Shown piece after piece: positions 23,151 to 37,700 of a DNA stretch of 64,000 nt (position 1 is the first letter of the stretch; every line of letters begins with the position of its first letter). Both the position numbers and the translations under genes were made by a program. Below the pieces are notes generated by a model. It made no database searches and had not been told where the DNA came from. It was given only the letters and a program-made list of their open reading frames with translations. Source of the stretch: Podarcis filfolensis (Eukaryota); NCBI GenBank assembly GCA_964270895.1, contig OZ185437.1. The stretch is one strand, 5' to 3'.

Positions 23151-23665
23151 GGATGTGCATAAAATACAGGACACTATGAAAGCCATCATAACTTTTCCCC
23201 CATGAGAGCATCCAAAGACAATATCTAATACCCAACATACCAAGGCTATGTGAAACATGGTGAACTAAAAAGTCAGAAAGGTACACAAGTATTATCTCAG
23301 AACTCAAACTACAGTATTAGCAGGATCAAGCAACACCAAGACAAAAGAACTTTTGTATCAGTTGTGTGCTTCAAGGACATCAACTTTTATTGTCTATTTT
23401 GTGCTCATAAGCAAATATTCTTCAGTACTGGAGATGGTCGTTCAAGCTCTGAAATCTGTGAAAGTTAGATGTAATGGAAATAAAAGCATATGTATGAGAC
23501 TTGCTGGGAGTTATAGAACAGCATAGGAACGTAGTGAGGAGACCTACAGCACAATAGTAGAGAAGTGGAAGAAAGTGGCTGTAGAACTTAAGACAAACCA
23601 CACAACAGAAAAACTGCCAATCATCTCAGTCAGTCCACAGAGTTCTACCAATGGTCCATCTACAT

Positions 23666-23913
23666 CATGGGTAGGCAAACTAAGGCCCAGGGGCCAGACC
23701 CTAACCCTTCTAAATCCGGCCAGCAGACAGTCCGGGAATCAGCGTGTTTTTACATGAGTAGAATGTGTCCTTTTATTTAAAATGCATCTCTGGGTTATTT
23801 GTGGGGCATAGGAATTCGTTCTCCCCCCTCCCCCCCAAAAATACAGTCCGGCCCCCCACAAGGTCTGAGGGACAGTGGACCAGCCCCCTGCTGAAAATGT
23901 TTGCTGACCCCTG
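23666..23913. mobile_element. hAT-Charlie-type MITE
   Basis: TIRs CATGGGTAGGCAAAC / GTTTGCTGACCCCTG. Perfect 8-bp TSD ATCTACAT at 23658-23665 and 23914-23921. Confidence 0.88.
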
Positions 23914-24588
23914 ATCTACATTCTCTGCCTGGATATGCTTATTACCTCTCTGAAATGAGGTTGCAGGGATGAAAACCAACCTGCTTAGTTTGCTAAAAAA
24001 ACAACCAAAAACCTTGCACACAGACCACACCCATTTCCACGCATCCTTGTCTCTCCTATTCTGAAGCCGCTTTGCATGCACACCCTATGATGATGTATGT
24101 TACTGTATCTTTTAAGAGGAATAGACTCCTAAGAGTAAGCCTTTCAGTTAGTTTGTTGAGTTAGAGGTTAAATTCAGCTGATGGGTGTTTGGTGTTTGCT
24201 TGTTATATACAATCTCTCTTCTAAATTGCTACGCTGAATCTGTAACTTTGTGTTGAGGGCAACACATGGTACCAGAAGTGGAATAAATTGTGTGAAAGTA
24301 GTATGTGATATTTGAGGACTCCACATCCTTTATCTCTCCCACATGAGGCAGCTGAGGAATGGAACAAGGAGAAGTTCCCCAGGATGGGAGAGGGGGAGTG
24401 GTGGGAAAACTTTGATTGAAGCAGGGAAGGAGCTAATGAAGAGAGCACAATGACAGACCTGTGCTATATAGTATAGAGACATGCCATCTGAGGACAATGC
24501 TTAATGCATCTACTAGAGTGGACTGCAGTCTACAAATCCAAATGCCATAATATGTCTAGTGTGTCACAAGACTCTTTGTTGTGTTAGC

Positions 24589-24724
24589 CAGACTTCCTCA
24601 ACCATGGCCCTCCAGATGTTTTGCGGCTACAGTTCCCATCATCACTGACCACTGGTCCTGCTTGCTAGGGATCATGGAAGTTGTAGGCCAAAAATATCTG
24701 GAGGGCTGAGGTTGAGGAAGCCTG
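24589..24724. mobile_element. Short palindromic hAT MITE
   Basis: CAGACTTCCTCAACC...GGTTGAGGAAGCCTG with near-TSD tgttag(g)c. Degenerate relatives at ~2550, 28850, 59680 and 63800. Confidence 0.75.
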
Positions 24725-27700
24725 TGTTAGGCTGTAGTAAGCCCCATCTATGCTAGTCCTGTACACACATACCTGGAACTCAGTGGGGCTTACTTCAGAG
24801 CAGAAAACCTATATTCCTGCATAGTCATGTAAACTGGTCTAAGTAGGTTGCCAGAAGTCACTGGGACTAAACAGGCTTGAATCCACAGATGAATTGTACT
24901 GAGCATGAGGATGTCACTGACATTAACTTTGAAAAGCTGCACATAGCAAAGGCTATTATGTAGACACCTCAGACTCTAAACACTTGTCAAGGGGGAACAG
25001 CCCTATTAATTTCAGTGGAATTAGCTGTACTTTCACATCATAGCCTTGACCTGGATGCTCCCCCACCATCGGGCTCTTGTGATCAGCCAGAAGTTCTGTA
25101 AGCTTTTCGGAATCTTTGCTTTTACAATGGGATGGTCCACTTGTGTGTAATAGGAACTGCCTCCATCAGCTCACAGCTAATCTACTTGTGACCAGAGTTT
25201 ATGTAACAGCTGATTCCCACAGCCATATTGTCATGGTGATAATTTGTGTTGAACATTTGAGAGTGATACGATCATAATGTTTGCTTTCTTTTACCCTTGA
25301 CTCAGCTCAAGCCACATTTACTATGTAGTAAACGTAGGTTGAATTTTATTCCTCATGAAACATTCACATAACCACTTCACCATACAACCCAGATAAAGTA
25401 TGACCACATCCTCACATTTCCACTTTGGTCCTATGAATTGGTTCCCTCACCTTACTTAGTGCCTGCTGTAGTATGATTCTTGTGGTACCTTGAAGACTAA
25501 CATACATTATTATAGTGTCTTGCAAGGCAAGTTCAGAACCAATGATCTGAAATCAGATAGTGGCTTGTTTCTCTTCCCTGTAACTTTATGGTTCTGAGTT
25601 TCTTTGTCTAGACAAGGTAACCTTCCCTCTTCCATCAACCATGTCAAGGAACATGGTTGTCCTCTATTGTCCTTTTGGTGCATGTTGAAGACATTTCTCT
25701 TTCAACAAGTCTTCAAAGTGGAGACTTTTAGCCCAGCTGCTTTCTGTATTGGATTGGAAATCAATTTTATATAGGTGGTGTGTGTGTAGTTGAAAAACGT
25801 TTTTACATCCAAATGTTTTACCTGTTTTGATAATATGCAGTTGTTATTGTAAGTTTTTATTGCATTGTAAATTGCTTTGGGGTGTCTGATGGGAAGTTAT
25901 ACATAAATGAAATTGATGACGATGACAAAACAACAACAACAAGAAGAACAACAAAGTAGTAAACAAGCTCAGTCAGAGATCTAAGGCGGAACATAGTGGG
26001 GCTGACTGCTGAATGAAGATGCCTAGGACTGAGCTCCATGGGTGCACTCCACAAACCAGCATGAATTAAAGCCAACAAACTGCTGAATCTACCCAGTGTT
26101 AGATACTGATATTCAACTTCACTGAAGTGAATTGAATGGAACTGTTTTAAATCTAGGTACCTTGTTTATACTCCTGATTTGCGGCTTCAGCTGCTGGGCT
26201 CTATAACATTTCTCTTCTATCCCCTGCCTCCCCTTTGATCAGGCAATTTTTATTTTTTGCAAACTCTCTTCTTGAAAAAATGAATTTTAGCAAACCTCTC
26301 TGGCTTTTTGTTTTTGTGCTTCTCTCTCAAGACTTTGTGCCCCTACAGTTTTGCAAAGCCTGTGAGAGGGAGGAGGGGCTTTGGGGGCGGAGGTTGCTGG
26401 CTCAGGAGGACCTCGGAATCCTCACCTTTTGGCTGTCTCAAGTACTTGTCTGCCTCAAAGCTTAATATGATGCAATTAATGAACAGCCATCCTCCGCCCT
26501 TCCTGCCTGTCTCAAGACAGATGTGCTGACAGGATGGCACCTTCTTTAAAGGAATTCAGTTTTATGGAAGGTGATGGGCACAAAGGCAGAAGGGGCGGCG
26601 AAGTGTTTCGGTGGGACTCCAGGTCCTTAAATGTTGTTATTTTCTACTGCAGAAGACTAGAAGCGTTTATGGAAATCAGAAATGGAAAATGGTCAGTCTA
26701 TACCTTTAGGGGCCAATAATCAAGTTGTTCTTTAATAACATAACATTATTTCATTATATCATTTATGAACTCCTTCCTATAAAGCATCCCGAGGCTTTTA
26801 AGACTGTTATCTGAACAAAATGCCAGCTGAAACCTGTAAGGCTAGCCATTGGCTATTCAATTAATAAACATGATTCTATCCCTTGGTGCCCTTCCATTAT
26901 CCTTCCAGTGGCGATTCTGCCGCATTTTTTCACATCACATGCTGATGATAAATGTGCACAGTATAATCAAGTGCACGCAACCTGTTGCTTTTGCACCAAG
27001 TTATATATTTCATTTTATACCATAAATGCACCAGCACCAAGTGACACCAGTGTGCTTTCACACAGTCAAAGGACTGGGGCAATATTGCATTCGTTTAGTC
27101 ATTTCTAAAGGCCAAACTGGACATGATAGCAACATGGAACTGCTCCAGCCACATGGGAAGAAGGGGGAAACTTTAAGGGCAAAAGGGACACATGGTGAAG
27201 AAATAGACTGTCCCTCCTGCTTCTCTCCTTGCAATCTTTCTCTGCAAGCTATAGGTGTGTGGTGGTGTGGGAATGTTAAGGAAGGTAGGAGAGGATTAAT
27301 ACATTCTACAAGTGGGGCGGCAATTTATGCACTCTGTACACCTAATGCCCATTTTGCTGTTAAAAACTTAAGGCATTCCCACTTTTACATCATAGCAGCA
27401 GGTTCATGTTCACAGATATTGATCATTATCACATCTTCTTGGGCCCTGAGGAGCTGGTGCTTCAAAGACTTGACCAGGCACCCATTTCATTGTATACTCT
27501 GCAGCTTCAAGGAGGCTACTGATAGTCCTGCTTTGTTACTGCAGCAAATGTTTCAAGTGTTTTTATTAAGTGGTAGCAGACCATTTAAGAATCCCTGCCC
27601 TTGAACTCCCTCCTTGCTCTTCTCTTTGGTATTAGTTCTTCCAGTTACAGATTATTTGCGAAAATGCAAGGCGCATATTCCCTTCTGCAAGTCCTTGTTG

Positions 27701-28629
27701 CTGGGTGTGAACTACCTTAATCCTAACTCTGATCTATGTCACACATCACTTCTCACTTCCTTAATATCTGAACTGCAACCATTTACACTCCCCTCTGTTT
27801 TTTATTTTAGGACACAAGAAAAATCTGCTAAAGCTGCTGCAAGCCTCTAATCACTTTCCCCAAAGCATTCCTATTGAATTTGACAGGTTTTGTATTCGTT
27901 ATATATACTTAAGTACTAGTATCCCAGCCCTAAATAGGATCTGACAACTTCAGTTAAACTTATTAGGATTGCAGCCCTCATATATTATACCCAGGGTCTT
28001 CTGTAGCCAGTTGCTGTACTACTAACTTCCCATTCATATCAAAGGTTCTGGATTAGCATGAGATGCCAAAGAGGAAATTGCCAATTGCCGAATTCTCTTA
28101 CAATATGCTCAGAGTCTCTTGCCCAACTAAATAATTGTGCCATAACTATGTGGTACAGTCTGAAGAGTTTACTTGGATAACTAAGAAAACTCATTTATTT
28201 GTTTTTTGCTTATACCAGCCTCAATCCAGAACCATTGGAGTGCTGTCCTGATGGGATGCAGGAGAGCGGGAATAGTCTTTCTGCTGTGAATAATCCTATT
28301 CATGTGTGCTGGTTCTTTGTTTTTAATCAGGATAGAGGCACACTCCAGTGCTGGAGAAGGGGAGTGCACAGCTTTCAATAAAAACAATTATATAACAACA
28401 ACAACAATAACAACAATTTATTTATACCACACCCATCTGGCTGGTTTTCCCCAGCCACTTTTGGAGTGCCCATCACAAGTTTATGTTTGGTGTCTCTTTC
28501 TTGTTCTGACTGTCATATAAGGTTCAGTATTAGGTCACTTATTATTTGCTGTTGTAGGTTCTAATAATGTGATTAATGGAGGTTAAAAAGTAATAATGCA
28601 TGGAGGTTGGAGGAAAGTGTTGGCCCTTT

Positions 28630-28788
28630 CAGTGGCGTAGCGTGGGGGGTGCAGGGGGGGCCAGCCGCACCGGGCGCAACATCAGGGGTTAGGGCAAATC
28701 CATGGGTTAGGGGGCGCAAATCCACGGGTTAGGGGGGCGCAAATTACTTGCCTTGCTCCGGGTGCTGACAACCCACGCTACGCCACTG
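28630..28788. mobile_element. Young hAT MITE with internal GGGTTAGGG repeats
   Basis: Perfect 17-bp TIRs CAGTGGCGTAGCGTGGG / CCCACGCTACGCCACTG and a perfect 8-bp TSD GGCCCTTT (28622-28629, 28789-28796). Confidence 0.92.
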
Positions 28789-31700
28789 GGCCCTTTGTCT
28801 CCATGACTGGAAGTACCACATTGTTTCAAAGATGTGCTTCCTACATTGTTCTGCATCCAGATGTTACCGGCCTACAGCTCTAACCATCCCTGAACATGGA
28901 CCATGCTAGTTGTAGTCCACAAGGCCTAGAAGACACCATGTTCGCTATCCCTGGAGTAGACGATACTAGTGTAGATAGACCAGTGGTTTGACTCAGTGCA
29001 GGGCACCTTCACATGTCTGCCTTTTACACCACCTCTTTACTGCAACAAGCACCAGAAGTATCACAGCATAGCAGATTGCCATGTAAAAAGTGTGGCAGTT
29101 TAATCTGGGAAGGAAATCCTCTAACATTACTTGCTTGCCAGGAAATTTCCATGGTCCCCTGCCTCATCCAGAGGCAGCAAAAGTGAACTTGGCTTCTTGC
29201 TGTGGTGGGGGTGAGATGGGGGGTAGGTTTGCTGGTGAAGGAGCAGTTGGCAACCCGGAGAAGTAGGTGACATGGAAAGAGGAGAGCCAGGGAGCAAAAC
29301 AGAGAAAGTGAGACTGTAATTACAGGAAACAGCCAGGATGCTTTAAAGTACTTAACATACCCAGGGGGCAATATACTACCAAACCTTCACACATTTCTAG
29401 GACCTGGGGGTAGCTTCTTTCTGATGTGCCCTAGGGAAGGGTTTCTCCTTCAAAGACTATTTAGGGGTTAAGTAATATTCATAAAGGCCAGTTTGGGGGA
29501 GATTACCCACACCCCCCACAGGTTTCTGTGTGTCACCTTACTAATGCACAATAAAAATGTCGGCAACCAACTATTCAGTATAGAAGATTTAGGTGAACTT
29601 GCAGAGAATGTTGTAATGTGATATCAAAAGGATATAGGGAGAGAAAAAAGCAGATGAAAAGAAGCCTGTTTGAAGGAAAGAAATGGAAATTAAAGAGTGT
29701 GTAAGAAATGAATAGGATAAAAATGGGTGGGAAATTATATATGAAAGACTCTTGATGAACTTTAAACTTTCTATGGGACACAGGGAATCTATTTTTATTC
29801 ACAGGTTGCTTGTGTTGGATCAATGTATTTTGCTTTCCAAGAATCTACAGCATCTGGATTGCACTATCATGTGGGCATATATATGACAGCTTCGAGATGC
29901 TGTGATGTCTTTTATGGAACATGGAAGCAAAGGGACCATACAGAAGCAGGCAACCAGCACTGTAACTTGGGCTAGACAGTGCAAGCATGTATTTTTTTAA
30001 ACAGCGCAGTGGCGTAGAATGCTCAAATAAGATGAAACTGGTGCACTGCCTGTTATTAAAACTGCAACACCACATACAAACACCCACCCACACCAAACCC
30101 AAGCGAGAAATCAGTTTAATCTACCTACAAACCAATGGCAGGCATTTGAGCAAAACTGCAATACCTCACAGCACATGATGGTTAAGAATTGTTGGGAAGC
30201 TAGGCACTCTGAACACCACGTGTTTCCTTAAGACTATATATTTGATCACTTGTAGCTGTACAAAACCCAAAGGCAGAAATCTTTTGAAGTGGGTATTAAA
30301 GTGCCAAGATCAGGTAAGTTTCGGGGAAGCTACCACACACTGTCAGAAAGTTTATCTTCTCTGCTGTTAGCCATACAGTGAAAAATTTACAGGCATAGCT
30401 CATAAATCTTTCCCTTCACAGCTAAAAAAAAACTTTGGGGTGGGGGAGGAGGTCATGTGCACTGGAAGATGCACAACTGTTGTCATTGCTCAAGTCAGAT
30501 GTATTTACCAGTCCAGTCAGTCTTTGCACATAGAACTGGCTGTGTGTGCCCACTCATCGTCTTTTGCCTCAGGCAGCCAAATGTCTTGGAATGGATTTGC
30601 CCTTGCCCCCTGCATCATGGCCCCAATTCAAATTGCTCTCTAGTGGCTTCCAGTCATGGAACTCCCACATGACCGCTAAGGTTGAAGAGCAAGACCTAGA
30701 GCACAGAGCAGGTAACCTGGTGTGTTAGCCCAGCACTAACTGAAGCCTATTAGGGGATGAAATACTCTTGTAAACATATCATAGGCAAGGCCCTTTGGAA
30801 ATGATGATCTCGCAATTAAAGTTGCCACATTTGGTTTCTGAAGTGTGTGTTCCAGCAAGGTTGGTCTGTCTCTTGTGCCCTCTGGCACTGGTGTGGTGGT
30901 GGAAGAAAGAACCTCAGAGTTTCTGGGAAGAGTCCTTAGTACATGTGGATGTTGGCAAAAAAACGTATTTAAGAGTAGGGAATGGAAGGAACAGTCATTT
31001 GTGCTCTTCATCCTCTTAATTAATGAAAGAATGATAGTATTATCTTGCACAACTTGGAATTTAAAAGTGTTGTTGTTTATTTATTAAAAAAAGTATTTAT
31101 CACAACTGATGCCCCTACAGATTTAAGCAACACAGTGGAAAGGATGCAAAGGGTTGTGGGGGTTTTTAGGAATTAAAACAAGACTTGCATATGGAGTTAT
31201 GAGAGAGAGAGAGAGAATAAATGCATAACAATAAAACACATTTTTTTGGGAAATACATTGCAATGCCCAATATTTCAACAAAGAAAAAAAGAACCCTATG
31301 CATTAATAAAAGTTATATAGTTATCTTTTCAAAAATGTTCTCAACTTTTAAGTAAAGAAAGGGATGGTAGGGGAACACTTACACACACACCAATCTCAAC
31401 ACTAATCACAATAATCTACAGAGCAGATTATTTTCAAAAGATCCCGCTTGTAGTTACTGTTTTTCACTGTTGATGATGGAGTCATTGTCAACATAATTTG
31501 TCCAATATGTGTTTAATGGTGTGGTTTCCTAAAAAGCAACAATGTACAGTTCAGCTGTATATTAATAAATTATGCCATATGGTATGATCAATTTAACAAC
31601 CAAGAAAATAGCATATGCGCATGAACAGTAATATAAGCTTGAGCAACAGCTGTTTCACAATGCCAACAATTGTAGTACTGATCCTCTATATAAATGGCTG

Positions 31701-34700
31701 GAAAAAGCATGTTGTACTTCACAAAAAAATTATTTTTTACCTCTGAGATAAGAGGCCTAATTGACTTGTATTGCAAAAAAAAATTACACACACATACACG
31801 ATTAGATTAATTTGAAATGTATGGCAGGTACTGCAAATTTGGTCTGTACAGAATTATAGTAGCATTGAGAAGAGATGTATGAAAACTGCATTTTTTTATT
31901 TTACAGAATGCCCATTCACATTAAAGACCCATTGTTTCCTTTCCAATAAGGTTTCTGTTAGATGAACCTGATAAACCAGGTTCTGTGAATTACTGACATC
32001 ATAGTAAGTAATGGACTCGATAGAGGAAAGGAAGAAAGAAGTATGAACCTACCACAACTTGAGCATAGAGAGCAACATCTCCCAGAGTTAAAGGCACAGG
32101 AACCATTTCAGGCTGGGCAAAGGTAGAGATGTTCTGAGTTTCAACTCTATCAGGGAAACTGAAAATAACATTATTAGAAATTACAACTTTATTTAGGTTG
32201 TGATATCCATCTACCAGGTAAAAGATTGAATGGACACAAGCCTCAGTCTACAGGTTACATGTACTCACATTTCAAGAACACTTCTATCTTTATGTTGCTT
32301 CAACATCTTTTTGTTTTCTTTCAAAATTCTTAATGTTTTGGGGGAGTCCTTGCAATGCATTTCCTGCAGGTTTCTACTTACTAAAGATGGAACCAAGTTT
32401 TCCTCTATTAAGCTGTTGCTCTGATTCATTCCAGATCGTTGATGGAAATTTGGATACAAATAATTCATCTTGAGACAATGAAAACAAAATTAGTATAATG
32501 CAAGGCTTTTAAAAATGTCATTTTGAAGCAATTAAAACAATTAAAAATGAGTCTAACATGAAATCTAACAATCCTATTTACTAAATTCAAAACTCAAACC
32601 TACTGCTACTTGAACCTTAAAAGAGGAGAACTGTGGATACTTCTAACTTAATACAGTTGACCACACACAACCTCCAAAGTGTCAGGTCGGGGTGTGTGTG
32701 TGTGTGTTATGAAGGATCAGGATGGCTCCCATTATCATTTTGTAGTAGTTGTTAATACACCCATCTCTCAGGCATTTTTTTCTGGTTCTCTTCCAAGATT
32801 CACCTACTGGTAGTGAAAACTCTTACTCTTGTCAGCTGTGCCCTGCTGCTTCAATTGCTGACCAATCTCAAACAGGGCCAGCCCATCCATAAGGCAGACT
32901 GAGGCATCTGCCTCAGGTGGTAGAATCCAAGGGATGCCTCTGGGACGTGCTGCACTGATGCCGGAGAGGCAAGGAGAATCAGCTGCAACAGGATCCAGGT
33001 TCTGGCAAGATTGCTGTGACATTTTTCAGGGCTCTGGCAAAACAGACCCAGAAGCTACAGCTGTGCCCATGTAAGCAAGGCTTTGGCGGGGGAGGCAAGT
33101 GGGGGAAGACAGCATGTGGTGCACGTTCACAGCAACGCCTTCCCATTTCGCCTCAGGCGGCAAAACAATGTGTCTTTCCTGCTAAAATACACGAGCAAGC
33201 ATGGCTCCTGGCATTGTCCACCTTACTTGGTTAGAACTAGGATTTTTCCTATTGAGCACATATTTCCTGCAGTAAATGTAGGTTCCTTATTTTCCTAAAT
33301 ACAGAGTTTCCATGTGGTTATATCCCGGGTAAAGTGTGCTCTTTCAACAGCGATTCGGTGCTGAGTTCAACATCCACTGGTGCGTTTAAGTGCTAAATGC
33401 CATTAACACACTTTGGGGAATTATTTCTTAAAACTCCACAGGTAAGTCAAGCTTACTTTAGTGTTATAACCTTTGGTTAAACAACATAAAGTATCAAGTG
33501 GCATAAACAAAGACAGGGGCCTAATTCAAATCAAAGGCATATCGAATAATGTTTGCCTGTATAGAACGCAACATTTTTCATAGCTGATTGTTGTGATTAC
33601 TAACCAGATCATGCACACTCTGCTGTGTTCTGACATCTGTAAACTGTCCGTTTTGTTCTAGGAGCCTAGATAGCACCAAACAAAAAACAAATCAAGAAAA
33701 GAAACATGGATAATAGATTCTTAAAAATAGAGCAGGTATTGTCCTAGCTGCTTTTAGTTCCCATCCACAATCTACTTGATTTAGTGGCAATGCATTATAG
33801 TTGTTTTAAGTGTGCATGAAAGCAAGGAAGCCAATGGTTGCTCTGGGGCACAGTAGAGTTACACATTTTGCCCGCAAAGTATCTCATTAGAGTTTGATCC
33901 TTTCACAACTGATCCTAAGAATGTTTCTTGGCACCATCTCTCTCTTTTTCTCTCTTTCATGTGGCTAATGCAATGCAAGAAGAGTCATTTTTAATTTGAA
34001 CGGTACCTTCTTGTTCCTGTGAACTGATGTGGGCTTCAATATACGTATCACTGGCCACCAACCACCATTTTTGCAATAAGGAGGCTATCCTCAAGTGTGG
34101 CCAGCTCACCAAGACAGCCAGTCAGCAAAATATATTTGCTAAAAACTTTGAGCATCACAAAAATAAAACAGGCTGAAGTTCATTTTAGTGTAGGTGATCC
34201 CCAGCTCACTGGACCCCACATGCTGTGCAATGAATTTTTGTCTAATCCGTTGAGCTGCTAAAAGGAAACATATAAACATTCATTCTATGTATTATACACA
34301 ATCCCACCTGCTACTATTCAAAAAGGAAACTGTCCAAAGAATCTCTTTGAGAGATCTACTATTATGAGAACGTATCAGGCCTGTCCAGGGCAAGGGAGGA
34401 GGGGCTTTATTTATTTAGCAAAGAAGCAAGCAAATGGGCAAACTCTTTGCTGCCCAGGCAGGACCTTCCTCAGCAGCTGTGAGGCCAGAAAACCTCAGAA
34501 ACGGAAGGAGCAAGGACAGAGAACTATGGTTTTTGCTTTGGCTACCAAGTTCAGCCAAAGATGGTCAACTACTGTAAATTTGTTATTTCATTGCTTACTT
34601 CCACTGAATGAACATTACTTTAGATATTTATTAAGGCTGCAAGCTGTGACCGTAACAGTCTTCACCATCATTTCAGGAAAACAGATTATGAATTCTTAGG

Positions 34701-37700
34701 ATGATTGCTGGTAGACTCGGTTGCTAATGCTTCACCCTAACCCTTCTGGAAAAAAGACTTATAGCCTCTAAAAATTCTGTTATTCATTGCCTATACATTT
34801 TTAAAGCCTCTTTTGAAAGCTTTTAATGCAACAACTGTTTGAACAGACAGCATTGTTTTCCATAATAAACTCAAATCTGGCTAGGTTTATTCCAAAGTAA
34901 GTTTTGATAACTTATGGGATTTAGTTGCATGAAATCACAACTGCTTTTTACCATGATCCTTAAATGGCTTCTTTTAGCTTTGGCAAAACTACAATAGGCT
35001 TTGCCAGCATGGTAGTTTAAGCACAGAGTCATAAAAGCCATTTATAAAGTGGTATACTAGACAAATTGCCTCTATGTTGTGCAAAGTTATTACCAAACTC
35101 ACCTCCTGGATAATGCCATGTTAAGAAGAGAAAAATAATATATATGGTGCAATGAGTGAAGTTGCTGTTCATATTTCCGATTTTGTTTGCATGTTTTCTT
35201 CTGTCAGTAATAATAAAAAAGCATGTTAGAGCTCATACACTAGCCTATCTAAGCTTTCCCTTTAAGCTGCAAAGGGGTGGCACTCTGCTGAACTCACAAA
35301 CATGAGGAAGGAAGGAAAATATCTAATAAATATATCATCTCCTAGCATGTAATCACATCGCAACAATCTGCACATTCATTTTTTGGAGCCTCTGCCTTAC
35401 TTAATGGATGACATAAGGAATGCATGAGAATTGTCTCTGTGAAGCAGTTTCCAGAGTTTGCCAGTTCCAATGGAATTATGGACTATGGTGTGACATAAAC
35501 CAGGAAAGGAAGGAGAGAAGTGTGCAAAGGGAGAAGAAGAGAGCATGTGAGCCCAATGATCCTTCAGGGCTTGTTCACTTGGTGCTACATGTAGAATGGC
35601 GTTAGGTGAATGAGCTTTGAAGGCTCTGTTCCATCTCAATCAGCTCAGGGATAAGCAAAGGAGAGGAATGCTAAAAGTATTTACAAATGCTGGAAAGCAC
35701 CACAAGAATGGGAATATCATCACTGGCCACCGACAGAAAGTGACACTGTGGTTGCAGCCTGCTTCAGTACTACTGAGATGTTATGTCCTGGAGGAATGAC
35801 CTGCATGGAGACCTTGAAATTTTGAGGAGGGTGTGTGTGTGCAGCTTTCAGAAAAAAAGCAGGGGGAAGTCACAGGGTTGTATGCAGAACTGCCTTGGCA
35901 GAGTTCTACTTACACATCAAGACTTCCCCTTCCTCTCCTCCCCCTGTGTGTTCCCAAAATCTGGAGGGTTCTCCAACCTTATGGAGAAGATTTTGAGGGC
36001 ATGTGTGGGGCTGGGGGTGGAGAGAGGAAGGGGAAGTCCCATTGCACAAGTGGAAGTCTTTTGCATAAGCGGAACAGCGGCATTTGACACAACCCAAAGT
36101 GAGCATAGTGGCAGGCATACAACTTACAGCTGCATTCATGGGCAAAGTCCAATTCTATCTACAAATCTATGTGCTCTACAACCATATGTACAGTAAAGCC
36201 ACCAATGCCAGCAGGACTACTCCAGAATAAATTGTTTGTAGATCATTCATGGCTTGGCTCCTTCATCTCATCCTTAAATGTATTGCAAACTTTTCCCAGG
36301 AACAAAACTTTCCTTAGCCAGGAACTCTGTGTAGATAAACATCACCTCCTTGAGGCAATGGGAATGGATAAAATGAAGAGTACTTTCTTTTATCCCCAGT
36401 GTAAATTGTGGGGCTGGGAAGTTTTGAGACGCTTAATTGCATTTCTCTTTCTTGCCCCTCCTCCCCAGCCAATTCCTCTGTTTAACATCTAGCCCGATCA
36501 AGCACTTGGGATAATGTCAAAGTTTGGTCCACAAAGATACTGGCCAAATCTAGATTCCGGAATATGCTTAAAGCATATCACAACTTTGGCCCAATTCCAA
36601 CTGACTAGGAAGCCAAAGGTAAACCACAATTTTTCAACCTTGGTTCTCATCTGCAATATGGTGATTATAAATATTGGTCTACCTCTCACGGCAGTTTTGT
36701 AAGGAATGCTAAGATAATGTATGTGATGTGTTTTCAACATTCTCAAGTGCTATTTAATTATTATACTAAATAATGTTCTTGTTAAAGCAAGAAAAGGGCC
36801 TAAGATAACTTCCTATTCAAAACTTATTTAAGGCTGCAGTTGTAACCCCAGTAACCTGGGAGCGAGAAACATTGGATTCAATGCGACTGAGTAGATGTGG
36901 TTAAGATGGCACTGTAAGATGTCAGTGGCGTACTAACAGAACAGGGTTTGGCTGAAGTAGGTTCCTTTTCAAAACTTCAGACCTCCAGTGAAGACTTTCA
37001 TTCATTCAGTGGCACCCACCAAGTGTGACCGTGTGCAAGATAGTCAATGTATTTTACCATACTACTTAACATTTTTATTGACCTGAATAGCAAAATAATA
37101 AAGACAGGTATGTGATATGTATATTACTTTAAAATGCAATAGTTTTCTACCCTCTACAAAAAAAATTCAGAAATCTTATTCTGTCCTTGTATGATTAAAA
37201 GGACCACTTTGTCAGTCCAGTTGAATTTCAATAGGAAAAATTGGCCAAAACAAAACATCTGCTATACTTTTCAACGACTTAAAGAGGAAGAACTGTTGTC
37301 TCTCACTCTCACTGCATAAAATCCAATGAATCCATTAATGCAGAAATCACTGCAATACTTTGAGCTGATATGCAGGAACAATATTAATCTATTATTGTGA
37401 CCCGCATGCTTATATAACAATACATATGATGCTCGATTCTTATTCCTTGGGAAACATTGCGGTCTGAAATCATCTAAACGATGAAACAGTAATAATATAA
37501 AAGGGTTTCAAAAGAAAGACCTACAGGAAAAGGTAATCAATGTAAGCCGAGATTTATAGTCCTAAACGGGAGGCAGCCCCAAACCTGCTCTCTATCTACA
37601 TAACTGATTAGGAAGCCTGATTACACCTTTAGGAGGAGGCTGAGTATCCTGGAGGAAAATGCAAGAGGGGAACCTTTTGAAAGAAAGGCAATGTTGACCC

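Noticed and set aside
33130-33420. SOX/T-like motif group
   Set aside because: Part of it (gcctcaggcggcaaaa) is a MITE remnant and the T-box matches are all degenerate.
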